Below, in pieces: positions 15,627 to 26,413 of a stretch of DNA of 64,000 nt (position 1 is its first letter; every line of letters starts with the position of its first letter). The position numbers were made by a program, and so were the translations under genes. A model generated the notes under the pieces. That model saw only the letters and a list, made by a program, of their open reading frames with translations. It did not search any database and had not been told where the DNA came from. The DNA is taken from positions 32,001-96,000 of the IMG/VR virus record IMGVR_UViG_3300037467_001050. One strand, 5' to 3'. The stretch comes from a virus.

Positions 15627-16559
15627 ATGCCTGATCGTATTTCCGGGATGGAAATGGCACTTCACGCAATTGTCACCGACATCAATACTGTTCCCGAAGC
15701 ACTCCGCACCGAATACACCGAGAAGGACGGGAAGTTCTTCCTCAATGTAGAGCCGGTCGACGGGTTCAAGCTCGAGAACGTGGATGGGCTCGTCAACGCC
15801 CTGAGCGCCGAGCGCACCCTCAAGGACCGAGCCGAAGCTGCTCTCAAGCAGTTCAAGGACATCGATCCGAAGACCGCGCGCTCCGCCATCGAGGCGATCA
15901 CCGCCTACGGTGACCTCACCCCGCAGCAGGTCCAGGCCCTCCAAGAGGAGGTCGCCAATCTGCGCGCCATCGACCCGACCAAGGAAGCCGGCAAGCTCGC
16001 CGAGGCCCAGGTCAGCGCTGCGGTCGCCGCCGCCAAGGCTGAAGCCGAGCGCGTGTTCGGCACCGAGAAGACCACGCTCGCAGAGCAGCTCAACGGCCTC
16101 ACGGCGCTCAACGAGGGCCTGAAGGGTCAGCTCAAGGATCTGCTCGTCGGCAATCAGGTGAAGGCGGAAATCGCCCGCCTGAAGGTCGTGCCCGGCCTCG
16201 AGCCGGCCGCCGAGATGCTCGCCTCCCAGTCGATCCGCACGGTCGAGAAGGACAACGCCTTCCAGGTCGTGGTCATCGACAAGGACGGCAACCCGCGCAT
16301 GAAGCTCGGCGAGAACAACTCGCTCGTGCCGTTCACGGTCACGGACCTGATGGACGAGCTCAAGAAGACCACCCCCGGCCTCTTCCAGGCGGAAGACAAG
16401 GGCGGTGTTGGCATCCAGCCCGGGCGTCACGCTCCGGGCACCGGGGGCATCTCGAACCCCTGGTCGAAGGAGGCCTGGAACCAGACGGAGCAAGCCAAGC
16501 TCCGGCTCTCGAACCCCACCCTAGCCGCTCAGCTCAAGGCCCAGGCCGGCGTCTCCTGA
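15627..16559 (+). CDS. capsid scaffold protein (start may be 15648 or 15654)
   Basis: Directly before the capsid gene; coiled-coil; NPWSKE...NQTEQ tail. Confidence 0.8.
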   Translation: MPDRISGMEMALHAIVTDINTVPEALRTEYTEKDGKFFLNVEPVDGFKLENVDGLVNALSAERTLKDRAEAALKQFKDIDPKTARSAIEAITAYGDLTPQQVQALQEEVANLRAIDPTKEAGKLAEAQVSAAVAAAKAEAERVFGTEKTTLAEQLNGLTALNEGLKGQLKDLLVGNQVKAEIARLKVVPGLEPAAEMLASQSIRTVEKDNAFQVVVIDKDGNPRMKLGENNSLVPFTVTDLMDELKKTTPGLFQAEDKGGVGIQPGRHAPGTGGISNPWSKEAWNQTEQAKLRLSNPTLAAQLKAQAGVS

Positions 16560-16621
16560 TGCCGGCATGACCCTGGCTCGTGCCGGGACGAGGGTGAACC
16601 TCAACAAGAAGAAGAAAACGA

Positions 16622-17608
16622 ATGGCTATTGAGATCACCCAGCTCAAGGACATGATCGTCCCGGAGGAGTGGAACTCCTACATCGAGCTGACCACGACCC
16701 AGAAGAGCGAACTGTTCACCTCGGGCATCGTCCAGGATCTGTCGGCGGAAGTCGGCAATCAGCTGGAAGGCCCGCTGGTCCACATGCCCTACTTCGACGA
16801 CCTCGACAGTGACGACGATCACGAAGAGCAGCAGCTCGACGACGAGGACGACATCGTGGTGGACGGCATCACCACGGGCATGGACGTCGCGGTCAAGACC
16901 GCGCGCGCCAAGTCCTTCGGTTCGACCGACCTCGCCGCCGACCTCTCGGGCGCCGACCCGATCGCCGCGATCCAGAACAAGTTCGCTGGCTGGTGGGCCC
17001 GTCGGTACCAGACCGCTCTGCTCTCCGTGCTCGAGGGCGCGATGGGTTCGGTCGGTATGGAGTCCAACGTGCTCGACATCTCCGGCCTGACCGGCGATGC
17101 CGCGAAGTTCGCGCCTGTCCCCTTCGTCGAGGCCGCGTTCCTCCTGGGTGACGCCGCCGGTGGCCTGACCGCCCTGGCCGTCCACAGCCAGACGCTGAAG
17201 TCGATGGTCCTGGCCGACATGATCACGGTCGTGAAGGACTCGACCACGAACCTCGACATCCCGACGTACATGGGCAAGCGCATCATCGTCGACGACTCCA
17301 TGCCGGTCACCGGCACGGGCGTGGACCGCGTCTACACCAGCTACCTGTTCGGGCCGGGCGCCATCGGCTACGCCACCAAGCCGCTGAAGGTGCCGGTCGA
17401 GGTGGGCCGCAACGCCCTCAAGACCATGGGTCAGGACTACGTCGTCAACAGGAAGCAGTGGGTGCTCCACCCGCGCGGCATCGCCTGGAAGGGCAATGCG
17501 GTGAAGAAGTCCGGTCCGGTCAACGCCGAGCTCAAGAACCCGGCCAACTGGAACCGCGTGTACGACCACAAGCTGATCCGGCTCGTGGCGTTCAAGCACA
17601 AGAACTAA
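16622..17608 (+). CDS. major capsid protein
   Basis: 328 aa after scaffold, highly biased codons, followed by a terminator. Confidence 0.88.
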   Translation: MAIEITQLKDMIVPEEWNSYIELTTTQKSELFTSGIVQDLSAEVGNQLEGPLVHMPYFDDLDSDDDHEEQQLDDEDDIVVDGITTGMDVAVKTARAKSFGSTDLAADLSGADPIAAIQNKFAGWWARRYQTALLSVLEGAMGSVGMESNVLDISGLTGDAAKFAPVPFVEAAFLLGDAAGGLTALAVHSQTLKSMVLADMITVVKDSTTNLDIPTYMGKRIIVDDSMPVTGTGVDRVYTSYLFGPGAIGYATKPLKVPVEVGRNALKTMGQDYVVNRKQWVLHPRGIAWKGNAVKKSGPVNAELKNPANWNRVYDHKLIRLVAFKHKN

Positions 17609-17621
17609 CTTGCAGGAATGT

Positions 17622-17651
17622 GAACGGGGACTTCGGTCCCCGTTCCTTTTT
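17622..17651 (+). terminator. intrinsic terminator after capsid gene
   Basis: GAACGGGGAC-TTCG-GTCCCCGTTC plus T run. Confidence 0.9.
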
Positions 17652-17698
17652 GCAAGCGACATCATGGCCTGCGCGCCGACATTCAGACGGAAGAATTT

Positions 17699-18079
17699 AT
17701 GTTCATGGAAAAGGGTTGGCGCGCACGCCATGCTGCCGCGATGGCGCGAAATGCAAACCGCGCCTCTAACTCCGGCGCCAGCGCCGAACTCACCGCCCTC
17801 CTGCACGAGCGCGAGCTGAAGCTCGCCGCCGCCCGTGAGGCCGAGCGGGCCGGCAAGGCCCCCGTCGGTATGACCACGGCCGCCACGATGCTCGGCGCCG
17901 ACAAGGCGCAGGAGACCGAGGCGCAGGAAGCCGCTCAGGAGGCCCAGGAGGCCGCTCCCGAGGCGCTCGCTTCCGAGACACCGGCCGAGCCAGCCGCGCC
18001 CGCTGTCGAGGCGCCTACCGCCACTGAGGCCGCCACTGCCGCCCCGGCCAAGGGTCGCGGTCGCAAGGCTCACACCTAA
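17699..18079 (+). CDS. Ala/Glu/Pro-rich hypothetical protein
   Basis: 126-aa ORF in head module. Confidence 0.65.
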   Translation: MFMEKGWRARHAAAMARNANRASNSGASAELTALLHERELKLAAAREAERAGKAPVGMTTAATMLGADKAQETEAQEAAQEAQEAAPEALASETPAEPAAPAVEAPTATEAATAAPAKGRGRKAHT

Positions 18080-18094
18080 TCACCGGAGGAGACC

Positions 18095-18520
18095 GTGGCG
18101 CATTACGCGACCGAGGAGGATATTGTCGCCCTCTACGGGATGGCGCAGCTCGTCATGGTCTCCGACCGGGACAACGACCGCCAGCCCGACCCGGGCGTCG
18201 TCGATGCCGGCCTCCAAGCTGCCGACGACACGATCAACCAGTACCTGTCGTCCCAGTACACCGTGCCGATCACGCCGGTCCCCGGCTCCCTGCGCAAGCT
18301 GGCCATCGACATCGCCCTCTACACCATGGCCCTCGGGCGCGCGGTTCGCACCGAAGAGATGCGGATCCGCTACGAGGACGCCATCGCCACGCTGAAGCTG
18401 ATGGCCAAGGGCACGATCGGCATCGGCTTGCCGCCCGTCGACAGCGACGGCGACGGCACCCCGGACACCAATCCGAACCGCACCCGCAGGGGCCGCGTGA
18501 TCGACATCGGCCGCGGGTAA
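18095..18520 (+). CDS. head-tail adaptor, Mu gp36/DUF1320-like
   Basis: YATEEDI, YTVPI, DIALY, RYEDAI..LK motifs. Confidence 0.85.
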   Translation: MAHYATEEDIVALYGMAQLVMVSDRDNDRQPDPGVVDAGLQAADDTINQYLSSQYTVPITPVPGSLRKLAIDIALYTMALGRAVRTEEMRIRYEDAIATLKLMAKGTIGIGLPPVDSDGDGTPDTNPNRTRRGRVIDIGRG

Positions 18521-18523
18521 GCC

Positions 18524-19060
18524 ATGGCCGAGCAAGGTTCGCTCCTGAAGGTCAGGATCGACACCCGGGCGCTTCAGAAGTTCAGCAACAAGATCGGCGA
18601 GCTCGCCAAGCGGCTCAACGACTACGAGCCCTTCGTCGACGACGCAGCCGCGTACATGGTCAACGTGACCAGAAACCGGATCCTGCGCTCGAAGCGAGGA
18701 CCCGACGGGGAGGCCTGGGCTCCGCTCTCCGAGCTGACCAAGGACCTGAAGGGGTCGAGCACGATCCTGTTCGACAGCGGCGAGCTGGCGCGGTCGATCT
18801 TCGACCAGAAGACGCGGCGCGGCTTCGAGATCGTGGCCGGTGCCGACTACGCCCCGTACATGCACTACGGCGTCAGGCCGGAGAAGCACGGCGGCTCGCT
18901 CCTCAACAAGGAAGGACGGCGCGTTCAACCGCGCGGCGGCATTCCTGCACGCCCATTCATGGGCCTCTCCCCCGAGAACGTCCGGCGCATCACCAAGATG
19001 CTGCGCGGGCACATCGCCGGCGAAGAAGAGGCCTCCGCCTACGGCGAGGGTTTTGAATGA
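18524..19060 (+). CDS. virion morphogenesis (neck) protein, Mu gpG-like
   Basis: PDGEAWAPLS, YAPYMHYG, IPARPFMGLS. Confidence 0.88.
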   Translation: MAEQGSLLKVRIDTRALQKFSNKIGELAKRLNDYEPFVDDAAAYMVNVTRNRILRSKRGPDGEAWAPLSELTKDLKGSSTILFDSGELARSIFDQKTRRGFEIVAGADYAPYMHYGVRPEKHGGSLLNKEGRRVQPRGGIPARPFMGLSPENVRRITKMLRGHIAGEEEASAYGEGFE

Positions 19061-19647
19061 TCGACGACATAGACGCCAACGGCGCGATCGTCGGCTACCG
19101 CACGCGCGTGGTCGAGGCGATCCGCGCTCAGTTTCCCGACTTCGTGACGGTCGACTGGTACGACGGCCTCTTCGACGAGGACGACGTGCGCCAGTGGGGC
19201 GGCGGCGCGCCGGCCTGCTACGTGGCCGTGCTGAACGTGCCGACCACGCACCACACCACGGGCGAGACCAACGGCAACGTGCGCGTCGTGTGCGCGGTCA
19301 TCACCGCAGACCGGGATTACCCGCGTCAGCACGACCCCGAGAACTACAGGTTTCTCGAAGGCATCCACACCTTCGCCAACCTCAACAAGTTCGGCGACCC
19401 GAACGCGGGCGCGGCCACCAACGGCTCGTTCAAGCGTCTGCGCCACCCGCAGATGCGCCGCGAGGGGATCGGCATCGGTGTCGTCGAGTGGGAGAGCAAC
19501 CTCACCTTCGGGGTGAACACCGCCCTGGAGCGCGACAGCATCCGCGACGAGGACGGTGCGCTGATCCCGATGCCGAAGGACATGGACGCGCAGATGCGCG
19601 ACTACCTCGGCTACAGCGAGACCTACACCTTCGATCCTGAGGAGTAG
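19057..19647 (+). CDS. probable tail terminator/completion protein
   Basis: Position between neck and baseplate genes. Confidence 0.55.
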   Translation: MIDDIDANGAIVGYRTRVVEAIRAQFPDFVTVDWYDGLFDEDDVRQWGGGAPACYVAVLNVPTTHHTTGETNGNVRVVCAVITADRDYPRQHDPENYRFLEGIHTFANLNKFGDPNAGAATNGSFKRLRHPQMRREGIGIGVVEWESNLTFGVNTALERDSIRDEDGALIPMPKDMDAQMRDYLGYSETYTFDPEE

Positions 19648-19650
19648 CCG

Positions 19651-20313
19651 ATGCGCCAGCTCCTCTCGATCCAGCGGCAGATCCAGGATCTGTTCGCGAT
19701 GGTGTTCAACCAGCGCCGGGTCGGCAAGATCACCGAGGTCAAGTTCGACCAGGAGAAGAAGCGCTGGTTCGCCAAGTTCCAGTCCGGCAAGGGCGACGAG
19801 AACGAGACCTTCAAGAGCGACTGGCGGCCGTGGAAGAGTTTTTCCAACGGCACGATCAAGATCTCGCTGCCGCCCCGCGTCGGCCAGATCGTGGCGCTGA
19901 CCGCGCTCGGCGGCCGTCCTGAGCTCGGGATCCTCGAGCCCTACCACAACGACCCGGACAACGTCTCGCCTCACGACAAGGAGGACGAGCTGTTCCTGCG
20001 CATCGAGAAGCCCTCGAAGGGCTCCGAGAGCGGCAAGACCAAGGACGAGACCCTCGACCTCCACTTCACCAAGGACGGCTCGAAGATCTCGATCGGATCG
20101 ACCCAGCACGGGCTCACCAAGGACGCCCAGTCGATCAAGACCAAGAACGACAGCATCGACACCGAGACCCACACCGCCAAGGCCTCCAAGAGCCACTCCG
20201 TCACGACCAAGGAGCATGCGGTGAAGGCGCAGAACCGGACCGTCGAGGCCGGCACCACCACCATCAAGAGCGGCACCTACAGCCTGACAGGGAAGACGCT
20301 CATCAACTGCTGA
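19651..20313 (+). CDS. baseplate spike protein, P2 gpV-like
   Basis: RVGKITEV, PPRVGQIV OB-fold start, beta-repeat tail. Confidence 0.8.
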   Translation: MRQLLSIQRQIQDLFAMVFNQRRVGKITEVKFDQEKKRWFAKFQSGKGDENETFKSDWRPWKSFSNGTIKISLPPRVGQIVALTALGGRPELGILEPYHNDPDNVSPHDKEDELFLRIEKPSKGSESGKTKDETLDLHFTKDGSKISIGSTQHGLTKDAQSIKTKNDSIDTETHTAKASKSHSVTTKEHAVKAQNRTVEAGTTTIKSGTYSLTGKTLINC

Positions 20314-20322
20314 AGGAGCGTC

Positions 20323-21162
20323 ATGGCCGGGTTCATCACGTTGCCGCAAGCGATCATGTCGGTTGTGGGCGGGATCCCGGTCCAGCCCGCAGGCCCGATG
20401 ACGATCATCGAGAAGCTGCGCGCCGCCAAGAGCATGCTGCCCGGCGACATCAGCGGCATTCTCGCCAAGGTCCTCCAAGAGGGGCCGCAGGCGCTGCTGC
20501 AGAACCCGATCGCCAGCATCACGGGCCAGCTGCAGGGCCAGCTCGGCGGACTGGTCAGCCAGATCCAAGGGCTCTCCGGCATGGGCCTCGGCGGCCTGCT
20601 CTCGGCGATCTCGGGAACCGGCGGCCTCCAGTCCGCGCTCGGTAACCTGACAGGCGTGGCCAACTCCCTATCCGGTCTTGCCGGATCCGGGCCGTTCTCG
20701 TTGATCGATGCGATCGGCCACGCGAACATCGTCGGCATGCTCGGCTCGGCCATGCCGGCCAATCTGAGCATCGCCAACGCGATGGGCCCGGTCCTGATGG
20801 GCTCCGGCCTCAACTCCATGCTGGGTCAGGTCCAGGGCATCGCCTCGGCGATCACCGCCGGCACCATCGACCCCGTCGCCGCCGTCGCGCAGGTGACGGG
20901 CATGACCAGCACCATCAACGGCGTACTCGATGCCAGCGCCTACGCCTTCAGCACCGTCCAGAACGCGGTGGTCGGCATCGCCCAGACCGCCGGCCTGATC
21001 TCGCTGGTCGCGTCCGGCCCGGCCGATTTCGGTCAGATCGCCAACATGCTGATCCGCGACGAGATGAAGCCGGCCATCCAGGCCGCGATGGACGAGCAGA
21101 TCCGGCCCGTGGACACGCCCATCGACCTGGGTCTCGGCGACGACGGCGACTGGGGTGGCTGA
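20323..21162 (+). CDS. Gly/Ala-rich hydrophobic hypothetical protein
   Basis: 279 aa between gpV and gpW. Confidence 0.7.
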   Translation: MAGFITLPQAIMSVVGGIPVQPAGPMTIIEKLRAAKSMLPGDISGILAKVLQEGPQALLQNPIASITGQLQGQLGGLVSQIQGLSGMGLGGLLSAISGTGGLQSALGNLTGVANSLSGLAGSGPFSLIDAIGHANIVGMLGSAMPANLSIANAMGPVLMGSGLNSMLGQVQGIASAITAGTIDPVAAVAQVTGMTSTINGVLDASAYAFSTVQNAVVGIAQTAGLISLVASGPADFGQIANMLIRDEMKPAIQAAMDEQIRPVDTPIDLGLGDDGDWGG

Positions 21163-21202
21163 ACGAAACACCGGCCGACAGGCCCAACAAGAAGAAAACG
21201 CC

Positions 21203-21520
21203 ATGGAACTGAAGGACTACATCACCATCGCGGTGATCCACCGGCATGGCATCCGGATCGAGCCGGGCACGCGCCTGCAGCTCTCCGACGCCGAGGTGAA
21301 GTACCAGCGCCACGCGCTGCTCGAGATCACCGACGAGGTGCCCGAGGAGCACCGCGCCGAGTTCGAGGCGCTCGAAGTGCAGGGGCTTGCCGAAGAGGCC
21401 GGCGCCGTCGAGGCGTCCGAGCCGGAGCCCGCTCCCGAGCCCGTGAAGCCGCACCGCTCCCGCAAGAAGGTCCACGAGGCCAAGGCGATCGAGGCCGCGG
21501 ATGGCGACGACCAGCACTGA
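21203..21520 (+). CDS. hypothetical protein
   Basis: A-rich leader, acidic C-terminus. Confidence 0.65.
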   Translation: MELKDYITIAVIHRHGIRIEPGTRLQLSDAEVKYQRHALLEITDEVPEEHRAEFEALEVQGLAEEAGAVEASEPEPAPEPVKPHRSRKKVHEAKAIEAADGDDQH

Positions 21521-21863
21521 TGAGCCGATCATCGATGTCGACCGCGACACCGGCGAGCTGATCTCGGGCTGGCCGCGCGTCCGCAAGAGCATCTTCACGA
21601 TCCTTCGCACCCGCCTGAAGACGCGCCTGATGCGTCTGTGGTGGGGCTCGGACTTCCTCGACCTGCAGGACAAGCCCGGCAACGACGAGGTGATCTTCAA
21701 GTCACTCGGCGCAGCGATCGTCGCGGTCAACGACTACGAGCCGGAATTCAAGATCACGCGCCTGATAGTCGGCGGTAACCGCGTCGCGGGCCAGACCGAC
21801 ATCACCGTGGAGGGGTCTTACAAGTTCGACGGCGTGCCCCGGAAAATCAAAGACACGATGTAG
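21501..21863 (+). CDS. baseplate protein, gpW/gp25-like
   Basis: RTRLKTRLMRLWWGS and YEPEF motifs. Confidence 0.85.
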   Translation: MATTSTDEPIIDVDRDTGELISGWPRVRKSIFTILRTRLKTRLMRLWWGSDFLDLQDKPGNDEVIFKSLGAAIVAVNDYEPEFKITRLIVGGNRVAGQTDITVEGSYKFDGVPRKIKDTM

Positions 21864-21896
21864 CGCTTGCGGACACGCAAACGCCAAGGGTTTGCA

Positions 21897-22838
21897 ATGT
21901 CCTCATTCGACTACTCCTCCTACTCTGGATCGCCCGCGCTCTACATCGACTTCTCTCGCCTCCCGCCACCGAAGGTGATCGAGGAGATCGACTACGAGAA
22001 ACTCCTCGCGATCTACCAGGGTCGCGTCGTCAACAAGCTCCCTACGCTGGAGCGCGCGACCAAGCTCGAGCAATCGCCGACAAACGTCATTTTGCAGACG
22101 GAGGCCTATGGCGAGATGATGGTGCGCGCCCGCGTCAATGCGGCGGCGCGCGCGATCATGCTGCCGTTCGCCACCGGCTCGGACCTCGACGTGCTCGCAG
22201 CCTTCTATGACGAGGCGCGTCCAGCCCTCGTCGATACCCCGCGCGGGACCGTCGATGAGTACCCGGAAGACTGGCTCGATGATGCGAGCTTCCGGCGCAT
22301 CGTGCAGCTCTCACCGGAGAGCTTCTCCACCGCGGGTGCCGAAGGCGCCTACATCTATCACTGCCTGAAGGCAGATCCGGCCAACATCCTCGACGCCTCA
22401 GCCAGCCGCGTGGATCTGCGTGGCGGCGTGCGCTGCGCCCTGATGGGTCGGAACGCGAACCCGGCGGTCACGCCCGAGACGATCGCCAAGGTCCGCGAGC
22501 GCCTCAACCGCAAGAACATCAAGCCGCTGACCGACACGCCCTACGTGGTCGGCGCCAAGGTCGTGCCGGTCGAGATCGACGCCCTCGTCACACTGTTCGA
22601 CGGCCCCGACGCCGCGCTGGTGAAGGCCGACATCGTCGCGGCCTTCCAGAACCTGCGCCAGCGCGTGGCTCTGCTCGGCCGGGATCTCACCCGGGCCGCG
22701 ATCGACCGGGCACTGATGCAGGAGGGCGCCCAGAACGCCCGGATCAAGTCGCCGCTCACCGACACCGTCGTCGGCAATGATGCCTGCGTCTGGATCACCA
22801 AGGCGACCGTCAACTTCGAGACATTTCGGGCGAGCTAA
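21897..22838 (+). CDS. baseplate protein, gpJ-like
   Basis: LPPPKVIEEIDYE, ATGSDLD, STAGAEGAY, PLTD motifs. Confidence 0.92.
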   Translation: MSSFDYSSYSGSPALYIDFSRLPPPKVIEEIDYEKLLAIYQGRVVNKLPTLERATKLEQSPTNVILQTEAYGEMMVRARVNAAARAIMLPFATGSDLDVLAAFYDEARPALVDTPRGTVDEYPEDWLDDASFRRIVQLSPESFSTAGAEGAYIYHCLKADPANILDASASRVDLRGGVRCALMGRNANPAVTPETIAKVRERLNRKNIKPLTDTPYVVGAKVVPVEIDALVTLFDGPDAALVKADIVAAFQNLRQRVALLGRDLTRAAIDRALMQEGAQNARIKSPLTDTVVGNDACVWITKATVNFETFRAS

Positions 22839-22841
22839 GCC

Positions 22842-24050
22842 ATGACCGCACCCGTTCGTGATCTCGACCACATCCTGCCCAAGAGCGCCAGCGCCTACGA
22901 GCGCGTGCTCGGTCTGAATGTCGAACGCCTCCTGGAACTCGACACCGACCGCATCCGCAACCTGTGGAACCCGTGGACCTGTGATGCTGACGATCTGCCC
23001 TACCTCGCGTGGGCGTTGTCGGTCGACGTTTGGGACACACGCTGGCCGCTGACCAAGAAGCGCTCGGTCGTCGCCAACGCCTTGAAGCATCACCGCATCA
23101 AGGGCACGCAGGCCGGCATCGAGACTTATCTCGGTCTCGTCGACACCAAGGTCGTCCAGACCATCACGCCGGGTGTGAAGCTGTTCTCCGGGCCGTCGCT
23201 CACGCGCGAGCAGCGCGAGGCATGGCTCTCGAAGCTGCCGCAGATCCGGATCTACCGAGCCTACAGCCGCGGCACTCCGGGGTCGCGCCTGTTCTCGGGT
23301 GGACAGCTCCAGAGCCGGTTTCGCGAGGGACGCTTTCCGCAACCCTCAGAGGCCGCCAAGCGGCTGCGACCGCGCGTCGACTGGGTGGTCAACGACGCTG
23401 CCACCGACGCCACGGTGCTGCCCCTGGACGTCAACACATACCAGATCTTCATCAACACCAAGGATCAGGGTTCGATCTTCTCGAACCAGTCCCCGAAGCG
23501 GAAGCGGTTCTTCCTGCCATCGAAGGCCGCGAAGCGGATCCTGACGGTCACGCCGGTATCGACGTCACCGTGGCGCACAGCGATCGGTCCGACGCTGACC
23601 CCGATCTCGTCGGAGCCCGAGCTCGTCGCCCAGCGACACCAGGCCGGACCCGGCGTCTTCACCGGAACCCGACCGAAGAAGCACATCCTCGTGCCCTCGC
23701 GCGCCCGCTTCCACCTGTACCAGCGGTTCGCTGTCGATGACGGATCGGCGCCGGCTAAGCGCCCGTCGATCCGGTTCTCAGGTGTTGGTCGCTACGGCTA
23801 CCCGGGTCACAAGGCCGAGTTGACCTTGCAGCTGCGGGCTCCGATCGACACGCGCAAGGCGCGCATCGGCGGCCAACCGACCGCGGCTCAGCGCTTCCTG
23901 ATGCCTCACAACGGCGAGCCGTTACGGCGCGCCAAGGCGGCCATCGTCGCCTCCAAGAGGCTCTCGGACAAGATCGTCGTCCGCACCGACACCTCGCGCG
24001 GGATCACCGCCGGCCTGCCTTTCTACGCCGGCGACACGTACCTCGCCTGA
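22842..24050 (+). CDS. baseplate/tail protein, P2 gpI-like with C-terminal extension
   Basis: LPYLAWALSVDVWD and HRIKGT motifs. Confidence 0.88.
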   Translation: MTAPVRDLDHILPKSASAYERVLGLNVERLLELDTDRIRNLWNPWTCDADDLPYLAWALSVDVWDTRWPLTKKRSVVANALKHHRIKGTQAGIETYLGLVDTKVVQTITPGVKLFSGPSLTREQREAWLSKLPQIRIYRAYSRGTPGSRLFSGGQLQSRFREGRFPQPSEAAKRLRPRVDWVVNDAATDATVLPLDVNTYQIFINTKDQGSIFSNQSPKRKRFFLPSKAAKRILTVTPVSTSPWRTAIGPTLTPISSEPELVAQRHQAGPGVFTGTRPKKHILVPSRARFHLYQRFAVDDGSAPAKRPSIRFSGVGRYGYPGHKAELTLQLRAPIDTRKARIGGQPTAAQRFLMPHNGEPLRRAKAAIVASKRLSDKIVVRTDTSRGITAGLPFYAGDTYLA

Positions 24051-24127
24051 TCCATCCGTTCACCGCCAACCACCGACCCGGGGATCCAACCCCGGGCGGT
24101 CGCGCATGCGTGCGCCTAGAGGAACCC

Positions 24128-26413
24128 ATGAAGAAGGTCATTTTCCGGGATTACCAGGAGGAGGTCGCCGACGACCATAACAACCTCCAGGACTACATCT
24201 ACGAGCAGCTCGACGACGTCACGTCGGATACCGTCTCCACCGGCCGCCGGTACGCTGGCATGCTGGTCCAGAAGACGGGTCAGGTCGAGGTGACGGTTGG
24301 CGTCGGCCGCATCTACGATGGCGGTCTCGTCTACAAGCGCCGCACCTCGTTCACGCAGTCGATGTCTCAGTACACGACCGCCGCGGCCAAGCGCATCGTC
24401 GCCATCACGGCCTACGGCAACGAGAATTTCACGGACGAGAACGAGCGGGACTTCCTCGTCGACGTCGACAACAACACCGTCGAGCCGCAGCAGGTCTCGA
24501 TGTCCACGTCCCGCGACGTGCAGCTGGTCTTCACGGCCGGTGCCGAAGCGGCAGATCCTCAGCCCCCGCCCGTACCGGCAACTCACGTTCTGATCGCCTA
24601 CGTCGTGATGGACACGACCCAGGTCATCTCGGTCACGATGCTGGTCGACAACCAGGTGGTCAGCACCGACAGCCTCGCCACCCGCGCCAAGGCCCTCGAA
24701 ACCTTCAAAAGCCAAATCGAGCCGCGCGTCGGTTCACTTGGCGCCGACCTCGCCGACCTCGCCAACCAGCTGCGCAGCTTCGCGAGCCCCGAGACGCTCG
24801 CCCGCGTCTACCTCGACGTTGCACGCCTGAAGTCGGCCCTGAAGTTCCCGACCAACTCGTCTGGCTACGGCTCCTTCCCCTACCTCGACCTGTCCTACTC
24901 GGACACGACCAACGCGGCGCAGCTCGGCTACGACGCCCGCGTCGAAGAGGGTATTCGCTTCCCGGTTGCCAACGCCGACAAGAAGGCGATCAACATCTTC
25001 GCGGCGAACGACCCGAACGCCAAGATCACAAGCGGCATCCTGCTGCCGGCATACACCGAGGAGCTGAAGCTCCAGACCGGCGACTTCTACTCCGAGTTGG
25101 GCATCGCCCAGTACGGCTTCCAGACGCTCACGACCAAGACCGGCTACATGAGCCGCTCGCGCATCCGCTACGGCGGGTCGCAGACGGTCTGCACCAACGG
25201 CACATGGTGGGGCACCACCGGCCAGCCGATGCCGGAAGCTGGTCTCTACGAGCCAGAAAGCGTCCCGATCCAGTTCCAGGACGACGTCTCGAAATACTAC
25301 CATGGCGTCAACGCCGGTCTTGGCGAGGTGATCCGCACCGACACCTACTGGTTCGACACCTGGCAGGAGCCGTTCAACTACACGGTTACGGTCGACAACA
25401 CGATCACCGGTGCTCAGGTCGCTCAGACCCTGCTGGTCTCGAACGACATGTGGGCGACGAAACTCGGCTTCTACATCACCGCCAAGGGCGCGAACGAAGA
25501 CATCAAGCTGATGGTCACCGAGGTGACCAATGGCCAGCCAGACCTCTCCAAGGTCATGATGAACGCGACGTATCCGCAGGCCTCGATCGTGGCTGGCTGG
25601 AACTACGTCCCGATCAAGCCGACCTTCTTCCAGAAGGGCAAGCGTCTCGCGATCGTCCTCGTCTCGAACGCCAACCACAAGATCGGCATGACGAGCGGTC
25701 AGTCCTACGTCGACGGCACGTTCTTCTACTCGACCGACAGCATCTACTACCAGGGCGACCTGACCAAGGACATGATGCTGCAGGTGTTCGGCGCGAAGTT
25801 CGCCGCATCGCAGGTCACAATCCCGTTCGCGGCGCTCAACCTCGACGGCGGCATCCGAGACCTCGACATCATCGCCGAGATGTGGGTGCCCTCGAGCACC
25901 CAGCTGATCTTCGAGATCCGCCCGAATGGCTCGGGCGAGTGGCTCGCGATCACCGATAACGACGTCACGAACCTCGCCGGCGCCCCGCCGCTCTGCGAGT
26001 TCCGCGGCCGGTTCATCGGCACCAAGGACATGATGCCCGCGCTCAACCTGAACGCGGCCACCGTCAAGATGTCCCGGCCGAAGACGGCCTTCAAGCACGT
26101 CTCGCTGGTCGAGGTTGTGCCGAGTACGTCGTCGATCACCGTCAAGGTCCTGTTGGAGCGCTTCAACGACCTGCCGCACGACTACGATCTGTCGCTCTAC
26201 ATCACGGCCGGACCCTCCGGCACGCTGCCCCGCATGGAGACGGCGGACTCTGTGGTCACGAAGCTCATCGACGCCAACGCCGGCCGCTACGAGCGGACCT
26301 TCGTCTTCAACCTGGATGCTCCCGCAACGGGACTGCGCTTCGTGCAGACCGGCCAGACGAACTCGCCGACCTCGACCTACCACGTCGCGGAGCTCGACTA
26401 CTACGTCGTCTGA
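24128..26413 (+). CDS. large baseplate or tail-fibre-base protein
   Basis: 761 aa, beta-rich, follows gpI. Confidence 0.65.
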   Translation: MKKVIFRDYQEEVADDHNNLQDYIYEQLDDVTSDTVSTGRRYAGMLVQKTGQVEVTVGVGRIYDGGLVYKRRTSFTQSMSQYTTAAAKRIVAITAYGNENFTDENERDFLVDVDNNTVEPQQVSMSTSRDVQLVFTAGAEAADPQPPPVPATHVLIAYVVMDTTQVISVTMLVDNQVVSTDSLATRAKALETFKSQIEPRVGSLGADLADLANQLRSFASPETLARVYLDVARLKSALKFPTNSSGYGSFPYLDLSYSDTTNAAQLGYDARVEEGIRFPVANADKKAINIFAANDPNAKITSGILLPAYTEELKLQTGDFYSELGIAQYGFQTLTTKTGYMSRSRIRYGGSQTVCTNGTWWGTTGQPMPEAGLYEPESVPIQFQDDVSKYYHGVNAGLGEVIRTDTYWFDTWQEPFNYTVTVDNTITGAQVAQTLLVSNDMWATKLGFYITAKGANEDIKLMVTEVTNGQPDLSKVMMNATYPQASIVAGWNYVPIKPTFFQKGKRLAIVLVSNANHKIGMTSGQSYVDGTFFYSTDSIYYQGDLTKDMMLQVFGAKFAASQVTIPFAALNLDGGIRDLDIIAEMWVPSSTQLIFEIRPNGSGEWLAITDNDVTNLAGAPPLCEFRGRFIGTKDMMPALNLNAATVKMSRPKTAFKHVSLVEVVPSTSSITVKVLLERFNDLPHDYDLSLYITAGPSGTLPRMETADSVVTKLIDANAGRYERTFVFNLDAPATGLRFVQTGQTNSPTSTYHVAELDYYVV

